Position numbers and translations under genes: made by a program. Shown piece by piece: positions 36,011 to 46,056 of a stretch of 64,000 nt of DNA (position 1 is the first letter of the stretch; each line of letters opens with the position of its first letter). This DNA is from Acidimicrobiales bacterium. GTDB lineage: Bacteria; Actinomycetota; Acidimicrobiia; Acidimicrobiales; Bog-793. Under the pieces are notes generated by a model, which saw nothing but the letters and a program-made list of their open reading frames with translations, ran no database searches and was not told the origin of the DNA. The stretch covers positions 33,227 to 97,226 of the forward strand of contig JBKQHU010000145.1 in NCBI GenBank assembly GCA_052148655.1, in the 5' to 3' direction.

Positions 36011-37990
36011 ATGCCTGAATCCGATCTGGAACAACTCTGTGTCAACGTCGTCCGCGGCCTTTCCATGGACGCCGTCCAGCGTGCCAACAGCGGCCACCCC
36101 GGGACGGCGATGGCGCTCGCGCCGCTCGCCCACGTCCTGTTCTCGCGCGTCATGCGCCATGACCCAAGCCACCCCGACTGGCCCGACCGGGACCGGTTCA
36201 TCCTCTCCAACGGGCACGCGTCGATGCTGTTGTACTCGATGCTGTTCCTCAACGGCTACGGGCTCGACTTAAAGGACATCGAGCAGTTCCGCCAATGGGG
36301 GTCGCGCACTCCGGGTCACCCGGAGGTCCGCACCCTGGCCGGTGTCGAGGTCACCACTGGGCCCCTGGGGCAGGGATTCGCCAACGGCGTCGGCATGGCC
36401 GTCGCCGAGCGCTTCCTGCGTTCCCACTTCGGGCCGGAGTCGATCGACCATCACATCTTCGCGACCTGCGGGGACGGGGACTTGATGGAGGGCGTGAGCC
36501 ACGAGGCGGCCTCTCTCGCGGGCCATCTCGGCCTCGGGCACCTCGTGTACGTCTTCGACGACAACCACATCACGATCGACGGTCCCACCGAGCTCGCCTG
36601 CTCCGACGACGTCGTTAAACGCTTCCAGGCCTACGGCTGGCACGTCGAGACCCTCGGGGAGGTGGCCAACGACCTCGACGCCCTCGAGGCGGGGCTGCGC
36701 CGCGCCATGGCCGAAGCGGACCGTCCGTCGCTGCTGGTGCTGCGCAGCCACATCGGCTGGCCCTCGCCCCACCGCACCGACACCAAAGAGGCGCATGGAG
36801 AGCCGCTCGGCGCCGAGGAGATACGCCTCACCAAGGCCCTGCTGGGCCTGCCCGAGCAGGATTTCTACCTCCCCGAGGAGGTGCCCGCCTTCTACGGGGA
36901 GCGGGCACGACGCGGCCGGGCCGAGCGCGAGGCCTGGGAGAAGCGCCAAGCGGTCTCGGTCGGCGACCGGGAGCGCTTCGAGGCCTGCCTCCGCGGGGGC
37001 GGCCTTGCGGGCTGGGCCGAGAGCCTGCCCAGCTTCGAGGCGGGCACGAAGCTGGCCACACGCAAGGCCATCAACAAGTGCCTGACAGCCACGAGCGGGA
37101 AGATCCCGGGCCTTGTCGTGGGCGCCGGCGACCTCACGGGCAACACGGGCACCGACCTCGGTGCCGCCGCAGAGATCCAGTCCCGTGGCCATCCTGGAGG
37201 TGCCCAGCTCCACTTCGGCATCCGTGAGCACGCCATGGCGGCCTCGATGACAGGGATGGCGCTGCACGGAGGCGTGCTGCCCGTCGGGGGCACGTTCTTC
37301 GTCTTCAGCGACTACTGCCGCCCGGCCGTGCGCCTCGCGGCCCTCTCTGGGGCCCACGTCGTGTACTTCTTCACCCACGACTCGGTCGGCCTCGGCGAGG
37401 ACGGCCCGACGCACCAGCCCATCGAGCAGCTCGCATCACTGCGGGCCATGCCGGGCCTGCGTGTGATACGGCCCGCCGACGCCAACGAGACAGCCGCCGC
37501 GTGGGAGATAGCCGTCGACTCGATCGGGCCGACGGCGCTAGTGCTGAGCCGCCAGGACCTGCCCGTGCTCGCCGAGACCGGCGTCCTCGCCGGCGAGGGT
37601 GTCGCCCACGGTGCCTACGTCCTCGTGCACGCAGGCTCCCCCCTCGACATCGTGCTCATCGGGACCGGGAGCGAGGTCCAGCTCTGCCTCGCAGCCGCGG
37701 GCCTCCTTGCGCCTGAGGGCATCGGTGCTCGGGTCGTTTCGTTCCCGAGCTGGGAGCTGTTTGCCGAACAGGAAGCGGGGTATCGCGATCAGGTGCTGCC
37801 ACCGGGGGTCCCCCGGCTGGCGGTCGAGGCCGCGACCTCGTTCGGGTGGGAGCGCTACGCCGACGCGACCATCGCCATCGACCGGTTCGGTTCTTCGGCA
37901 CCGGGATCGGTGAACATGGAGAAGTTCGGCTTCACGGCCGATCACGTCGCCCAGAAAGCCCGCGAGCTGCTCGCGAATCGGGCCCGATAG
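36011..37990 (+). CDS. tkt: transketolase
   Basis: N-terminal RGLSMDAVQRANSGHPGTAMALAP, GDGDLMEG TPP motif, full length about 660 aa. Confidence 0.95.
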   Translation: MPESDLEQLCVNVVRGLSMDAVQRANSGHPGTAMALAPLAHVLFSRVMRHDPSHPDWPDRDRFILSNGHASMLLYSMLFLNGYGLDLKDIEQFRQWGSRTPGHPEVRTLAGVEVTTGPLGQGFANGVGMAVAERFLRSHFGPESIDHHIFATCGDGDLMEGVSHEAASLAGHLGLGHLVYVFDDNHITIDGPTELACSDDVVKRFQAYGWHVETLGEVANDLDALEAGLRRAMAEADRPSLLVLRSHIGWPSPHRTDTKEAHGEPLGAEEIRLTKALLGLPEQDFYLPEEVPAFYGERARRGRAEREAWEKRQAVSVGDRERFEACLRGGGLAGWAESLPSFEAGTKLATRKAINKCLTATSGKIPGLVVGAGDLTGNTGTDLGAAAEIQSRGHPGGAQLHFGIREHAMAASMTGMALHGGVLPVGGTFFVFSDYCRPAVRLAALSGAHVVYFFTHDSVGLGEDGPTHQPIEQLASLRAMPGLRVIRPADANETAAAWEIAVDSIGPTALVLSRQDLPVLAETGVLAGEGVAHGAYVLVHAGSPLDIVLIGTGSEVQLCLAAAGLLAPEGIGARVVSFPSWELFAEQEAGYRDQVLPPGVPRLAVEAATSFGWERYADATIAIDRFGSSAPGSVNMEKFGFTADHVAQKARELLANRAR

Positions 37991-38001
37991 TTGGGAGAGA
38001 A

Positions 38002-39135
38002 ATGACGAGACTGCACGACCTCTACGAGGCCGGGGGCCAGAGCCCCTGGCTCGACAATCTGAAGCGCTCTTACCTGACCTCCGGCCGCCTGGCCGAGCTC
38101 GTCAGCGCGGGTGTGCGAGGGCTGACCTCGAACCCGACCATCATGGCCAAGGCGATCGCCGCCAGCGCCGACTACGACGCGGAGTTCTCCGCCGCTTTGG
38201 CCCGGGGCCACAGCGTCGAGGAGGCCTACTGGGACCTCGTGATCGCGGACGTCTCCGGGGCGCTCGCGGTGCTCCGCCCCGTGTTCGACGACAGCGCCGG
38301 CGGTGATGGTTTCGTGTCGATAGAGGTCTCACCGCTCCTCGCCCACGACACCGCCCGGACGATCGAGTCCGCCCGCCAGCTCCACGAGCGCATCGCCCAG
38401 GCGAACCTGCTCGTGAAGATCCCGGCCACACGCGAGGGCCTCGGAGCCATCCGGGTCCTGATCGCCGAGGGCCGGAGCATCAACGTGACCTTGATCTTCT
38501 CCCTCGAGCGTTACCGCGAGGTCATCGAGGCCTATATCTCAGGGCTCGAGGAGCTCGTCGCACACGGCGGGGACGCCTCCAAGGTGGCGTCGGTGGCGTC
38601 GTTCTTCGTCAGCCGCGTCGACACCGAGGTGGACCGCCGTCTGGAACAGATCGCCAAGGAGCAAGCGGGCTCGCCGACTGCCACGGCGGCTCTCGGCCTG
38701 CGTGGCAAGGCCGCCGTCGCCCAGGCCCGGCTCGCCTACAAGGTGTACCTCGAGCTGTTCGCGGGGCCCCGTTGGGAGGCGCTCGCGAGGGCCGGGGCGC
38801 GTCCGCAACGACCCCTTTGGGCCTCCACCTCCACGAAGAACCCGGCTTATCCCGACCTGTTGTACGTCGACACCCTCGTCGCCCACAACACCGTCAACAC
38901 CATGCCGGAAGAGACGCTCGAGCACTACCTGGACCACGGGCGTGTCGAGCCGATCACCGAGGCCGACCTCAAAGCCGCCGAGGCGAGCTTCGAGAGCCTG
39001 GCCGAGTGCGGGATCGACGTCGCGGATGTCGCGGCCGTCCTCGAGACCGAAGGCGTGGCGGCCTTCGCGGCCTCCTTCGACGACCTGCTCGGCACCTTGC
39101 ACGAGAAGGCGGAGGCGATGGAGACGTCCCGTTGA
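38002..39135 (+). CDS. tal: transaldolase
   Basis: ATG at 38002 with GGGAGAGA upstream. GQSPWLDNLKR, TSNPTI and VKIPAT (Schiff-base Lys) motifs. Confidence 0.9.
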   Translation: MTRLHDLYEAGGQSPWLDNLKRSYLTSGRLAELVSAGVRGLTSNPTIMAKAIAASADYDAEFSAALARGHSVEEAYWDLVIADVSGALAVLRPVFDDSAGGDGFVSIEVSPLLAHDTARTIESARQLHERIAQANLLVKIPATREGLGAIRVLIAEGRSINVTLIFSLERYREVIEAYISGLEELVAHGGDASKVASVASFFVSRVDTEVDRRLEQIAKEQAGSPTATAALGLRGKAAVAQARLAYKVYLELFAGPRWEALARAGARPQRPLWASTSTKNPAYPDLLYVDTLVAHNTVNTMPEETLEHYLDHGRVEPITEADLKAAEASFESLAECGIDVADVAAVLETEGVAAFAASFDDLLGTLHEKAEAMETSR

Positions 39136-40499
39136 CATCGGAGTTACTGGCCCGACTCTGGGCCCGGGACCACACGCTTTGGCCCGACGGCAACGTGGCC
39201 CCCAACCGGCTCGGGTGGCTCGCCACGCCGAGGAGCATGCTCGACAACGCGCGGACCTTGAAGAGCTTCGCCGCCAGCGTCGACGAGGACACGATCGTGC
39301 TGTTGGGCATGGGCGGTTCCTCGCTCGGGCCCGCCGTCCTCGCCGCGGTGAGGGCGAACCTCACCGGCGCCCAGGACCGGCGCGTCATCGTGTGCGACAC
39401 GACGGACCCTTCCACTGTCGCCGGCCTGCCGCTCGAGGATGCCTTCATCATCGTCTCCTCGAAATCCGGCACGACCCTCGAGCCGAACGTCCTTTTCGCC
39501 TATGCCCGCAGCCGCGTCGGCGATCCCTCCCGCTACGCGGTCGTCACCGATCCAGGCACGCCTCTGGCCCGAGAGGCCGGCGAGCTGGGTATCCGGCACG
39601 TGTTCGAGAACCCACCCGACATCGGCGGGCGCTATTCGGTGCTGTCGTTCTTCGGCCTGGTCCCCGCTGCCCTCATGGGCTACGACGTGGCCGAGCTGTG
39701 CGAACGGGCTTTGGACGCCGACCGGGAGGAGGCTGTGGCGCTCGGCGAGGAGATGGGCGCGGCGGCACTGTCGGGGCGCGACAAGACCACCATCGTCGTG
39801 GGCGAGCCGACCAGTTCCTTCGGCCTGTGGGTCGAGCAGCTCATCGCCGAATCGACGGGCAAGAACGGCCGTGGTTGCGTGCCCGTGCCGACCACCGAGC
39901 AGGAAACGGGGGACGACAGGCACGTGATCCCCGTCACGATCGGCGAGCCGGGAGATCTGGGAGCGGAGTTCTTCCGCTTCGAGCTGGCCGTCGCCATCGC
40001 CGGCCACACCCTTTCCATCGACCCGTTCGACGAGCCCAACGTGGCCGAGTCGAAGGCGAACACCCTGAAGGTGCTGGGTGCCCTCCCCCTCCCCGCGCTC
40101 GAGGCGTCGGCGCCCGAGGACCTCATGGCCCTCATCGCCGCTCAGGTCCGCCCGCACGACTATGTGTCCATCCAGGCCTATCTGCCCTTCGGCCAGGACG
40201 CCCAGCTCGAAGCGCTCCGGCGCCGCGTGCGGGACGCGAACGGGCAGATGGCCGTGACCGTCGGCTACGGGCCCCGCTTCTTGCACTCGACGGGACAACT
40301 CCACAAAGGCGGGCCGAACAGCGTCGTCGCCGTCCAGCTCGTCCGGTCGGCACCCTCCGCCCAGCTGTCGATCCCCGGTGAGCCTTACGACTTCCCCACC
40401 CTCATCAATGCACAGTCGATCGGAGACCACGAGAGCCTCCTGACCCACGGCAGGCGGGTGATCCGGGTCGAGCTCGACCAGCTGGACGAGATCGCATGA
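39132..40499 (+). CDS. pgi: glucose-6-phosphate isomerase (short, tal-associated type)
   Basis: LGMGGSSLGP, SKSGTTLEP and GGRYS motifs. The TTG start overlaps the tal stop (TTGA). Confidence 0.85.
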   Translation: MTSELLARLWARDHTLWPDGNVAPNRLGWLATPRSMLDNARTLKSFAASVDEDTIVLLGMGGSSLGPAVLAAVRANLTGAQDRRVIVCDTTDPSTVAGLPLEDAFIIVSSKSGTTLEPNVLFAYARSRVGDPSRYAVVTDPGTPLAREAGELGIRHVFENPPDIGGRYSVLSFFGLVPAALMGYDVAELCERALDADREEAVALGEEMGAAALSGRDKTTIVVGEPTSSFGLWVEQLIAESTGKNGRGCVPVPTTEQETGDDRHVIPVTIGEPGDLGAEFFRFELAVAIAGHTLSIDPFDEPNVAESKANTLKVLGALPLPALEASAPEDLMALIAAQVRPHDYVSIQAYLPFGQDAQLEALRRRVRDANGQMAVTVGYGPRFLHSTGQLHKGGPNSVVAVQLVRSAPSAQLSIPGEPYDFPTLINAQSIGDHESLLTHGRRVIRVELDQLDEIA

Positions 40500-40539
40500 G
40501 CGGGGGCGGGAACACCGACACGAAGGAAGGAAGCGGACG

Positions 40540-41457
40540 ATGAAGATCGGCATGGTCGGGCTCGGCAAAATGGGCGCCAACATGAGCCGGCGCCTGATCG
40601 AAAAGGGCCATGAGGTGGTCGGCTTCGACCTCGGGGCCGAGGCGCGCGCCGCCGTGGCCGCTTACGGCGCCGACACCGCCTCGAGCCTCGAGGAGTTGGC
40701 CGCCAAGCTGTCGCCGCCGCGCGTGGCCTGGGTGATGGTGCCGGCGGGCGAGCCCACCGAGGACACCGTCAGCTCCCTAGGCCGGCTCCTGCAAGCGGGG
40801 GACCTCGTGATCGACGGGGGCAACTCGAACTACAAAGAAGCCCTCCCGTACGCCGAAGCGCTCGCCCGGACGGGCATCCACTTCGTGGACGCCGGCACCT
40901 CGGGGGGCGTGTGGGGCCTGGAGAACGGCTACTGCATCATGGTCGGGGGCAGCCCCGAGGCCGTCGCCATCGCGGAGCCCGTCTTCCTCGCCCTCGCACC
41001 TGAGGGCGGTTACGCCCATGTAGGGGGCGTCGGCGCCGGCCACTTCGTCAAGATGGTGCACAACGGCATCGAGTACGGGCTCATGGAGGCCTATGCCGAA
41101 GGCTTCGAGATCATGTCCACGGCCACAGAGTTCGACCTCGACCTGCACGAGATCGCCTCGATCTGGCGCTACGGCTCGGTGGTCCGGTCCTGGCTGCTCG
41201 AGCTCACCGAGCTGGCACTGCGGCCGGGAGCCGGTTTCGAGGACATCGAGCCGTTCGTCGTCGACTCGGGGGAGGGGCGTTGGACACTCGAGGCCGCCCT
41301 CGAGCGCAACGTGCCGGTCCCGGTGATCGCCGCCTCGCTGTTCAGGCGCTTCGAGAGCCGCGAGAAGAACTCCTACGGGTTACGGCTGCTCGCCGCCTTG
41401 CGCAACCAGTTCGGGGGCCACGCCGTCGTGCGGGCCTCGCAGAAGGCTTCCTCGTGA
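40540..41457 (+). CDS. gnd: 6-phosphogluconate dehydrogenase, decarboxylating (short YqeC/Gnd-like form)
   Basis: MKIGMVGLGKMGANM Rossmann N-terminus and GAGHFVKMVHNGIEYG motif. Confidence 0.85.
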   Translation: MKIGMVGLGKMGANMSRRLIEKGHEVVGFDLGAEARAAVAAYGADTASSLEELAAKLSPPRVAWVMVPAGEPTEDTVSSLGRLLQAGDLVIDGGNSNYKEALPYAEALARTGIHFVDAGTSGGVWGLENGYCIMVGGSPEAVAIAEPVFLALAPEGGYAHVGGVGAGHFVKMVHNGIEYGLMEAYAEGFEIMSTATEFDLDLHEIASIWRYGSVVRSWLLELTELALRPGAGFEDIEPFVVDSGEGRWTLEAALERNVPVPVIAASLFRRFESREKNSYGLRLLAALRNQFGGHAVVRASQKASS

Positions 41458-42953
41458 TGGCGGAGCGCTCTCAGGCAAAGGCCCCGCCGCTCGCGCTGGT
41501 GATGTTCGGCGCATCGGGCGACTTGACGGCGCGAAAGCTCCTGCCGGCCCTGGCCTCGCTGGCCGGCAACGGGTCCCTCGCGGACGGCTTCGTCCTCGTC
41601 GGCGTGGCGAGGACCAAGTGGACCGATGACGAGTTCCGCCGCCACTGCCTCGAAGCGGTCCCAGACGCCAAGCCCGCCTGGGCCGAGTTGGTCAAGCAGT
41701 TCCGCTACGTGAGCGGGAACTACGACCACGACGCCACCTTCGAGAAGATCACCGAGATCCTCGCCGAGCTCGACGAGGCCAAGGGTGGCGGCGGCACCGC
41801 CGGCAACCGGATCTACTACCTGGCCACCATCCCGGCGCTTTTCGGTGAGGTCGCCCGCGGCCTGGCCCGCCACGGGCTCAACCGTCCGGGTCCGGGGGGC
41901 AAGTTCACGCGGCTCGTGATCGAGAAACCCTTCGGCCGCAACCTCGAGACGGCGATGGCGCTCGACGAGACCCTGCACGAGTGCTTCGACGAGCCGCAGA
42001 TCTACCGCATCGACCACTACATGGGCAAGGAGACGGTGCAGAACGTCCTTGCCCTGCGTTTTGCCAACTCGATCTTCGAGCCGGTCTGGAACCGGCGCTA
42101 CGTCGGCCACGTGCACGTCACGGTGGCAGAGTCTCTCGGCGTGGAGCACCGGGGCTCGTTCTACGAGAGCGCCGGGGCGCTGCGCGACATCGTCCAGAAC
42201 CACGTCATGCAGGTACTGGCCCTCACCTTGATGGAACCGTCGGCCACGATGGACCCGACCTCCATCCGCGACGAGAAGGTCAAACTGCTGCGCTCGATCA
42301 TGGCGCCCCGCGTGGACGAGGTCGGCACGGCGGTCGTGCGGGCCCAGTACACAGCGGGCACGATCGACGGCAAGAGCGTGCCCGGATACCGGGAGGAGGA
42401 GGGCGTCGACCCGCACTCGACGACCGAGACGTTCGTCGCCATGCGGCTCACGGTCGACAATTGGCGCTGGGCCGGCGTACCGGTGTTCATCCGCACAGGA
42501 AAACGCCTCGCCAAACGGTCCACCGAGGTCGTGATGGTGTTCCAGCGGCCCCCTCACCTGCCCTTCGCCGGCAAGCTCACCCGAGGGCTGCAGCCGAACG
42601 CGCTCATCTTGCGCATCCAGCCCGACGAGGGCATAACGCTGCGTTTTGGGGCCAAGGTGCCCGGTCAGGACTACCGCGTACGCACCGTGGGCATGGAGTT
42701 CTCCTACAAGGACGCCTTCGGGACCGATCCGCCGGAGGCCTACGAACGGCTCCTGCTCGACGCCATGATCGGCGACCCCACCTTGTTCATCCGCACCGAC
42801 GAGGTGGAACAGGCCTGGCGCCTTCTCGAACCGCTCCAGGAGGCGTTCGCGGAGGGGTACCCGCACCTGTCGCTCTACAGCGCGGGCAGCTGGGGCCCGC
42901 TCGAGGCGGCGCGCCTGTTGGAGCCCGACGGCTACGAATGGGTGAACCCCTGA
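41457..42953 (+). CDS. zwf: glucose-6-phosphate 1-dehydrogenase
   Basis: FGASGDLTARKLLPAL, RIDHYMGKE and EKP motifs. The ATG overlaps the gnd stop (TGATG). Confidence 0.92.
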   Translation: MAERSQAKAPPLALVMFGASGDLTARKLLPALASLAGNGSLADGFVLVGVARTKWTDDEFRRHCLEAVPDAKPAWAELVKQFRYVSGNYDHDATFEKITEILAELDEAKGGGGTAGNRIYYLATIPALFGEVARGLARHGLNRPGPGGKFTRLVIEKPFGRNLETAMALDETLHECFDEPQIYRIDHYMGKETVQNVLALRFANSIFEPVWNRRYVGHVHVTVAESLGVEHRGSFYESAGALRDIVQNHVMQVLALTLMEPSATMDPTSIRDEKVKLLRSIMAPRVDEVGTAVVRAQYTAGTIDGKSVPGYREEEGVDPHSTTETFVAMRLTVDNWRWAGVPVFIRTGKRLAKRSTEVVMVFQRPPHLPFAGKLTRGLQPNALILRIQPDEGITLRFGAKVPGQDYRVRTVGMEFSYKDAFGTDPPEAYERLLLDAMIGDPTLFIRTDEVEQAWRLLEPLQEAFAEGYPHLSLYSAGSWGPLEAARLLEPDGYEWVNP

Positions 42954-43667
42954 GTGTCGCTCCCCGCTGAGCCGAAGGTCCCCTACGGCGAAGTGCGCGT
43001 GGTAGACGACGTGCCGGGCGCGTTCGCGGACGTCGCCGCGGGGGCGATCGCCGATGCCCACGCCGTGCGCGACGACAGCTTCAGCCTGGTGCTCTCGGGC
43101 GGCTCCACTGCCCGCGAGTGCTACGAGGAGCTCGCTACGCGCAGCGGTATCGACTGGAGCAGGGTCGAGTGCCTGGTGGGTGACGAGCGGTGCGTGCCGC
43201 CGGACGACCCCGACGCGAACCAGGCCATGATCCGCGGGGCGCTCGTCGAGCGCGTAGCGCCGCGGCCGGCCTTCCTGCCGATGGACTGCGAGGCCCCGCC
43301 CGGGACCTACGAGGCCGTGATAGCCGCGCGCCCGCACCTCGATCTCGTCCATCTCGGGCTCGGCCCCGACGGCCACACCGCCTCGTTGTTCCCGGGCTCG
43401 GCCGCTCTCTCGGCCCCGGCGAGCCGGCTCGTGGCCCACAACGTCGACCCTTCGGGCCGCAATCGCCACGAGCGGCTCACCTTGACCTTCGCCGGGATAG
43501 CCCGCGCCCGGTTGGTGGTCTTCACCGTCGCCGGAGCCGACAAACACGTGGCCTTGTCCCGGGTGTTCCGCAGCGAGGACATCCCCGCCACGGCGGTGCG
43601 GGCCGGTCGGGTGCTCTGGCTGTGCGACCCGGGCGCGATCGGCGAGGGATCCCCCGCCCTAGGGTGA
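42954..43667 (+). CDS. pgl: 6-phosphogluconolactonase
   Basis: LSGGSTA, DERCVPPDDPDAN and GLGPDGHTASLFPG motifs. The GTG start immediately follows the zwf stop. Confidence 0.88.
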   Translation: MSLPAEPKVPYGEVRVVDDVPGAFADVAAGAIADAHAVRDDSFSLVLSGGSTARECYEELATRSGIDWSRVECLVGDERCVPPDDPDANQAMIRGALVERVAPRPAFLPMDCEAPPGTYEAVIAARPHLDLVHLGLGPDGHTASLFPGSAALSAPASRLVAHNVDPSGRNRHERLTLTFAGIARARLVVFTVAGADKHVALSRVFRSEDIPATAVRAGRVLWLCDPGAIGEGSPALG

Positions 43668-43671
43668 GTCC

Positions 43672-46053
43672 ATGCCCGACACGGCCCGAAACTCGAGGAC
43701 CGCGGACAGCCTCGTGTGCGACGGCGTCCGCGACGTGACCGACGAGGAGCTGCTCGCCGCCGCTCCCGCAGAGCTACTGGCCATGGCGCGCCGGATCCGC
43801 GATCTGCGTTACGGCTCGCGGGTCACCTTCTCCCCGAAGGTCTTCATACCCCTCACCATGCTCTGCCAGGACCGCTGCGGCTACTGCACCTTCGCCAAAC
43901 CGCCCGCTCGCCTCACGGCCGCCTACCTGGACCAGAGCCAGGTGCTCGCCATCGCCCGCGCCGGCGCCGAGGCGGGCTGCCACGAGGCCTTGTTCACCCT
44001 CGGGGAGCGCCCGGAGCTCCGCTACCCGGCTGCCGGTGACTGGCTCAAGGCTCACGGCTACGCCTCGACCGTGGACTACCTCACGGAGTGCTGCCGCCTC
44101 GTGCGAGCCGAGACCGGCCTCCTGCCGCACGCCAACGCCGGCGCGCTCCACGAGGACGAGCTCGCCCAGCTTCGCGAGGTGGCGGTGAGCCAGGGCATGA
44201 TGCTCGAGTCCCTCGCCGACCGCCTCGCCTGCCACCGGGCCTCCCCGGACAAGACGCCCGCGCGACGGCTCGCGACCCTGGAGGCGGCCGGCCGCCTTGA
44301 GATCGCCTTCACGACAGGCATCCTCGTGGGCATAGGCGAGACCCGGGCCGAGCGTCTCGTCGCCCTGCGGGCGATAGCCGCCACTCAGGCCCGCTACGGC
44401 CACGTCCAGGAGGTGATCGTCCAGAACTTCCTCCCCAAGCCCGCCACGGCGATGCACGCCGTGGAGCCCTGTCCCAGAGACGAGCACCTCTGGTCGATCG
44501 CCGCCGCCCGGATACTGCTGCCCCCCGAGGTCCACCTCCAGGCACCGCCCAACCTGACCGAGGACTTCTCCACCCTTCTCGAGGCCGGTATCGACGACTG
44601 GGGCGGGGTGTCGCCCGTGACCGCCGACCACGTGAACCCCGAGCGCGCCTGGCCTGCGCTCGAGCGCCTGCGGCACGTGACCGAGCGCCACCACCATGTG
44701 CTCGCCCCCCGTCTCGCCGTGCACCCAGAGTGGGCCAACGACAGGTTCCTCGCCCCGGACCTGCGCCACGCGGTGCTGGACCACTCCGACGCCGAAGGCC
44801 TGGCAAGGGACTCGGACTGGTGCTCCGGTGGCGATGTGGCGCCACCGGATCTCTTGGACCGGGCCTCAGGGCCTGGGCGCCTGCGCGGCGCGCCCGGCGC
44901 CGGGGGCCGGGGGAAACCCGCAGCGCCGGCAGGCTCGCGCGGGCCCGTGGGGGAGGTGCTGACCGGTGTCCTGCTCGGCCAGGAGGTGGGTGAGCAGGAG
45001 ATCGTCACGCTTTTCAGGGCGCGCGGTCCCGAGGTGGCCGCCGTGGCGGAGGTTGCCGACGAGCTCCGCCGCACATCGGTCGGCGACGTCGTCACCTTCG
45101 TTGCCAACCGGAACATCAACTACACCAACGTCTGCACCTTCAAATGCCGGTTCTGCGCCTTCTCCAAGGGCCCGCTCTCGTTGAACCTGCGGGGCAGCCC
45201 CTATTTGCTCGAGATCGACGAGATCACGCGGCGCGTCATCGAGGCCGAGCAGGCGGGCGCCACCGAGGTCTGCCTCCAAGGTGGGATCCACCCCGACTTC
45301 GACGGCGAGTACTACCTCGAGGTGCTGAGAGCTGTGCGGGCCGGTTCGGACACCATCCATATCCACGCCTTCACCGCCCTCGAGGTCCATGAGGGGGCGC
45401 GTCGCCTCGGCGAGCCCCTGGAGAGCTACCTGGCACGCCTCAAGCAAGCGGGCCTGCGCACCTTGCCCGGCACCGCCGCGGAGATCCTCGACGACGAGGT
45501 CCGGTCGGTGCTCTGCCCCGACAAGATCAACACCGAGCGCTGGCTCGAGGTCCACCGCGTGGCCCACAGCGTCGGCCTGCGCTCCAATGTGACGATCATG
45601 TTCGGGGCCGTCGAGGAGCCCCTCTACTGGGCGCGCCACATCGTGCGCACGCGCGCCGTGCAAAAGGAGACGGGCGGCTTCACCGAGTTCATCCCCCTCC
45701 CCTTCGTCCATATGGCATCGCCGATCTACCTCCAGAAGAAGGCACGCCGGGGCCCGACGTTCCGCGAGGCGCTTTTGATGCACGCCGTGGGCCGCATCGC
45801 CTACCGGGGCTGGATAGACAACATCCAGGCGAGCTGGGTGAAGATCGGCCTCGAGGGCGCCCGGCAGCTGCTCAGCGCCGGGTGCAATGATCTGGGTGGG
45901 ACCCTCATGGACGAGAACATCTCACGGGCGGCAGGAGCCAAACACGGTCAAGAGATGCACGAGTCGGACTTCCGCGAGCTCGCCGCCTCGCTCGGGCGCC
46001 CCCTCGAGCAGCGCACGACCCTTTACGGACGTGTCGTGAAAACGGCCGTCTGA
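43672..46053 (+). CDS. fbiC: bifunctional FO synthase (CofG/CofH fusion) for coenzyme F420
   Basis: Two radical-SAM halves with CQDRCGYCTF and CTFKCRFCAF clusters. About 790 aa, typical of actinobacterial FbiC. Confidence 0.92.
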   Translation: MPDTARNSRTADSLVCDGVRDVTDEELLAAAPAELLAMARRIRDLRYGSRVTFSPKVFIPLTMLCQDRCGYCTFAKPPARLTAAYLDQSQVLAIARAGAEAGCHEALFTLGERPELRYPAAGDWLKAHGYASTVDYLTECCRLVRAETGLLPHANAGALHEDELAQLREVAVSQGMMLESLADRLACHRASPDKTPARRLATLEAAGRLEIAFTTGILVGIGETRAERLVALRAIAATQARYGHVQEVIVQNFLPKPATAMHAVEPCPRDEHLWSIAAARILLPPEVHLQAPPNLTEDFSTLLEAGIDDWGGVSPVTADHVNPERAWPALERLRHVTERHHHVLAPRLAVHPEWANDRFLAPDLRHAVLDHSDAEGLARDSDWCSGGDVAPPDLLDRASGPGRLRGAPGAGGRGKPAAPAGSRGPVGEVLTGVLLGQEVGEQEIVTLFRARGPEVAAVAEVADELRRTSVGDVVTFVANRNINYTNVCTFKCRFCAFSKGPLSLNLRGSPYLLEIDEITRRVIEAEQAGATEVCLQGGIHPDFDGEYYLEVLRAVRAGSDTIHIHAFTALEVHEGARRLGEPLESYLARLKQAGLRTLPGTAAEILDDEVRSVLCPDKINTERWLEVHRVAHSVGLRSNVTIMFGAVEEPLYWARHIVRTRAVQKETGGFTEFIPLPFVHMASPIYLQKKARRGPTFREALLMHAVGRIAYRGWIDNIQASWVKIGLEGARQLLSAGCNDLGGTLMDENISRAAGAKHGQEMHESDFRELAASLGRPLEQRTTLYGRVVKTAV

Positions 46054-46056
46054 GCG

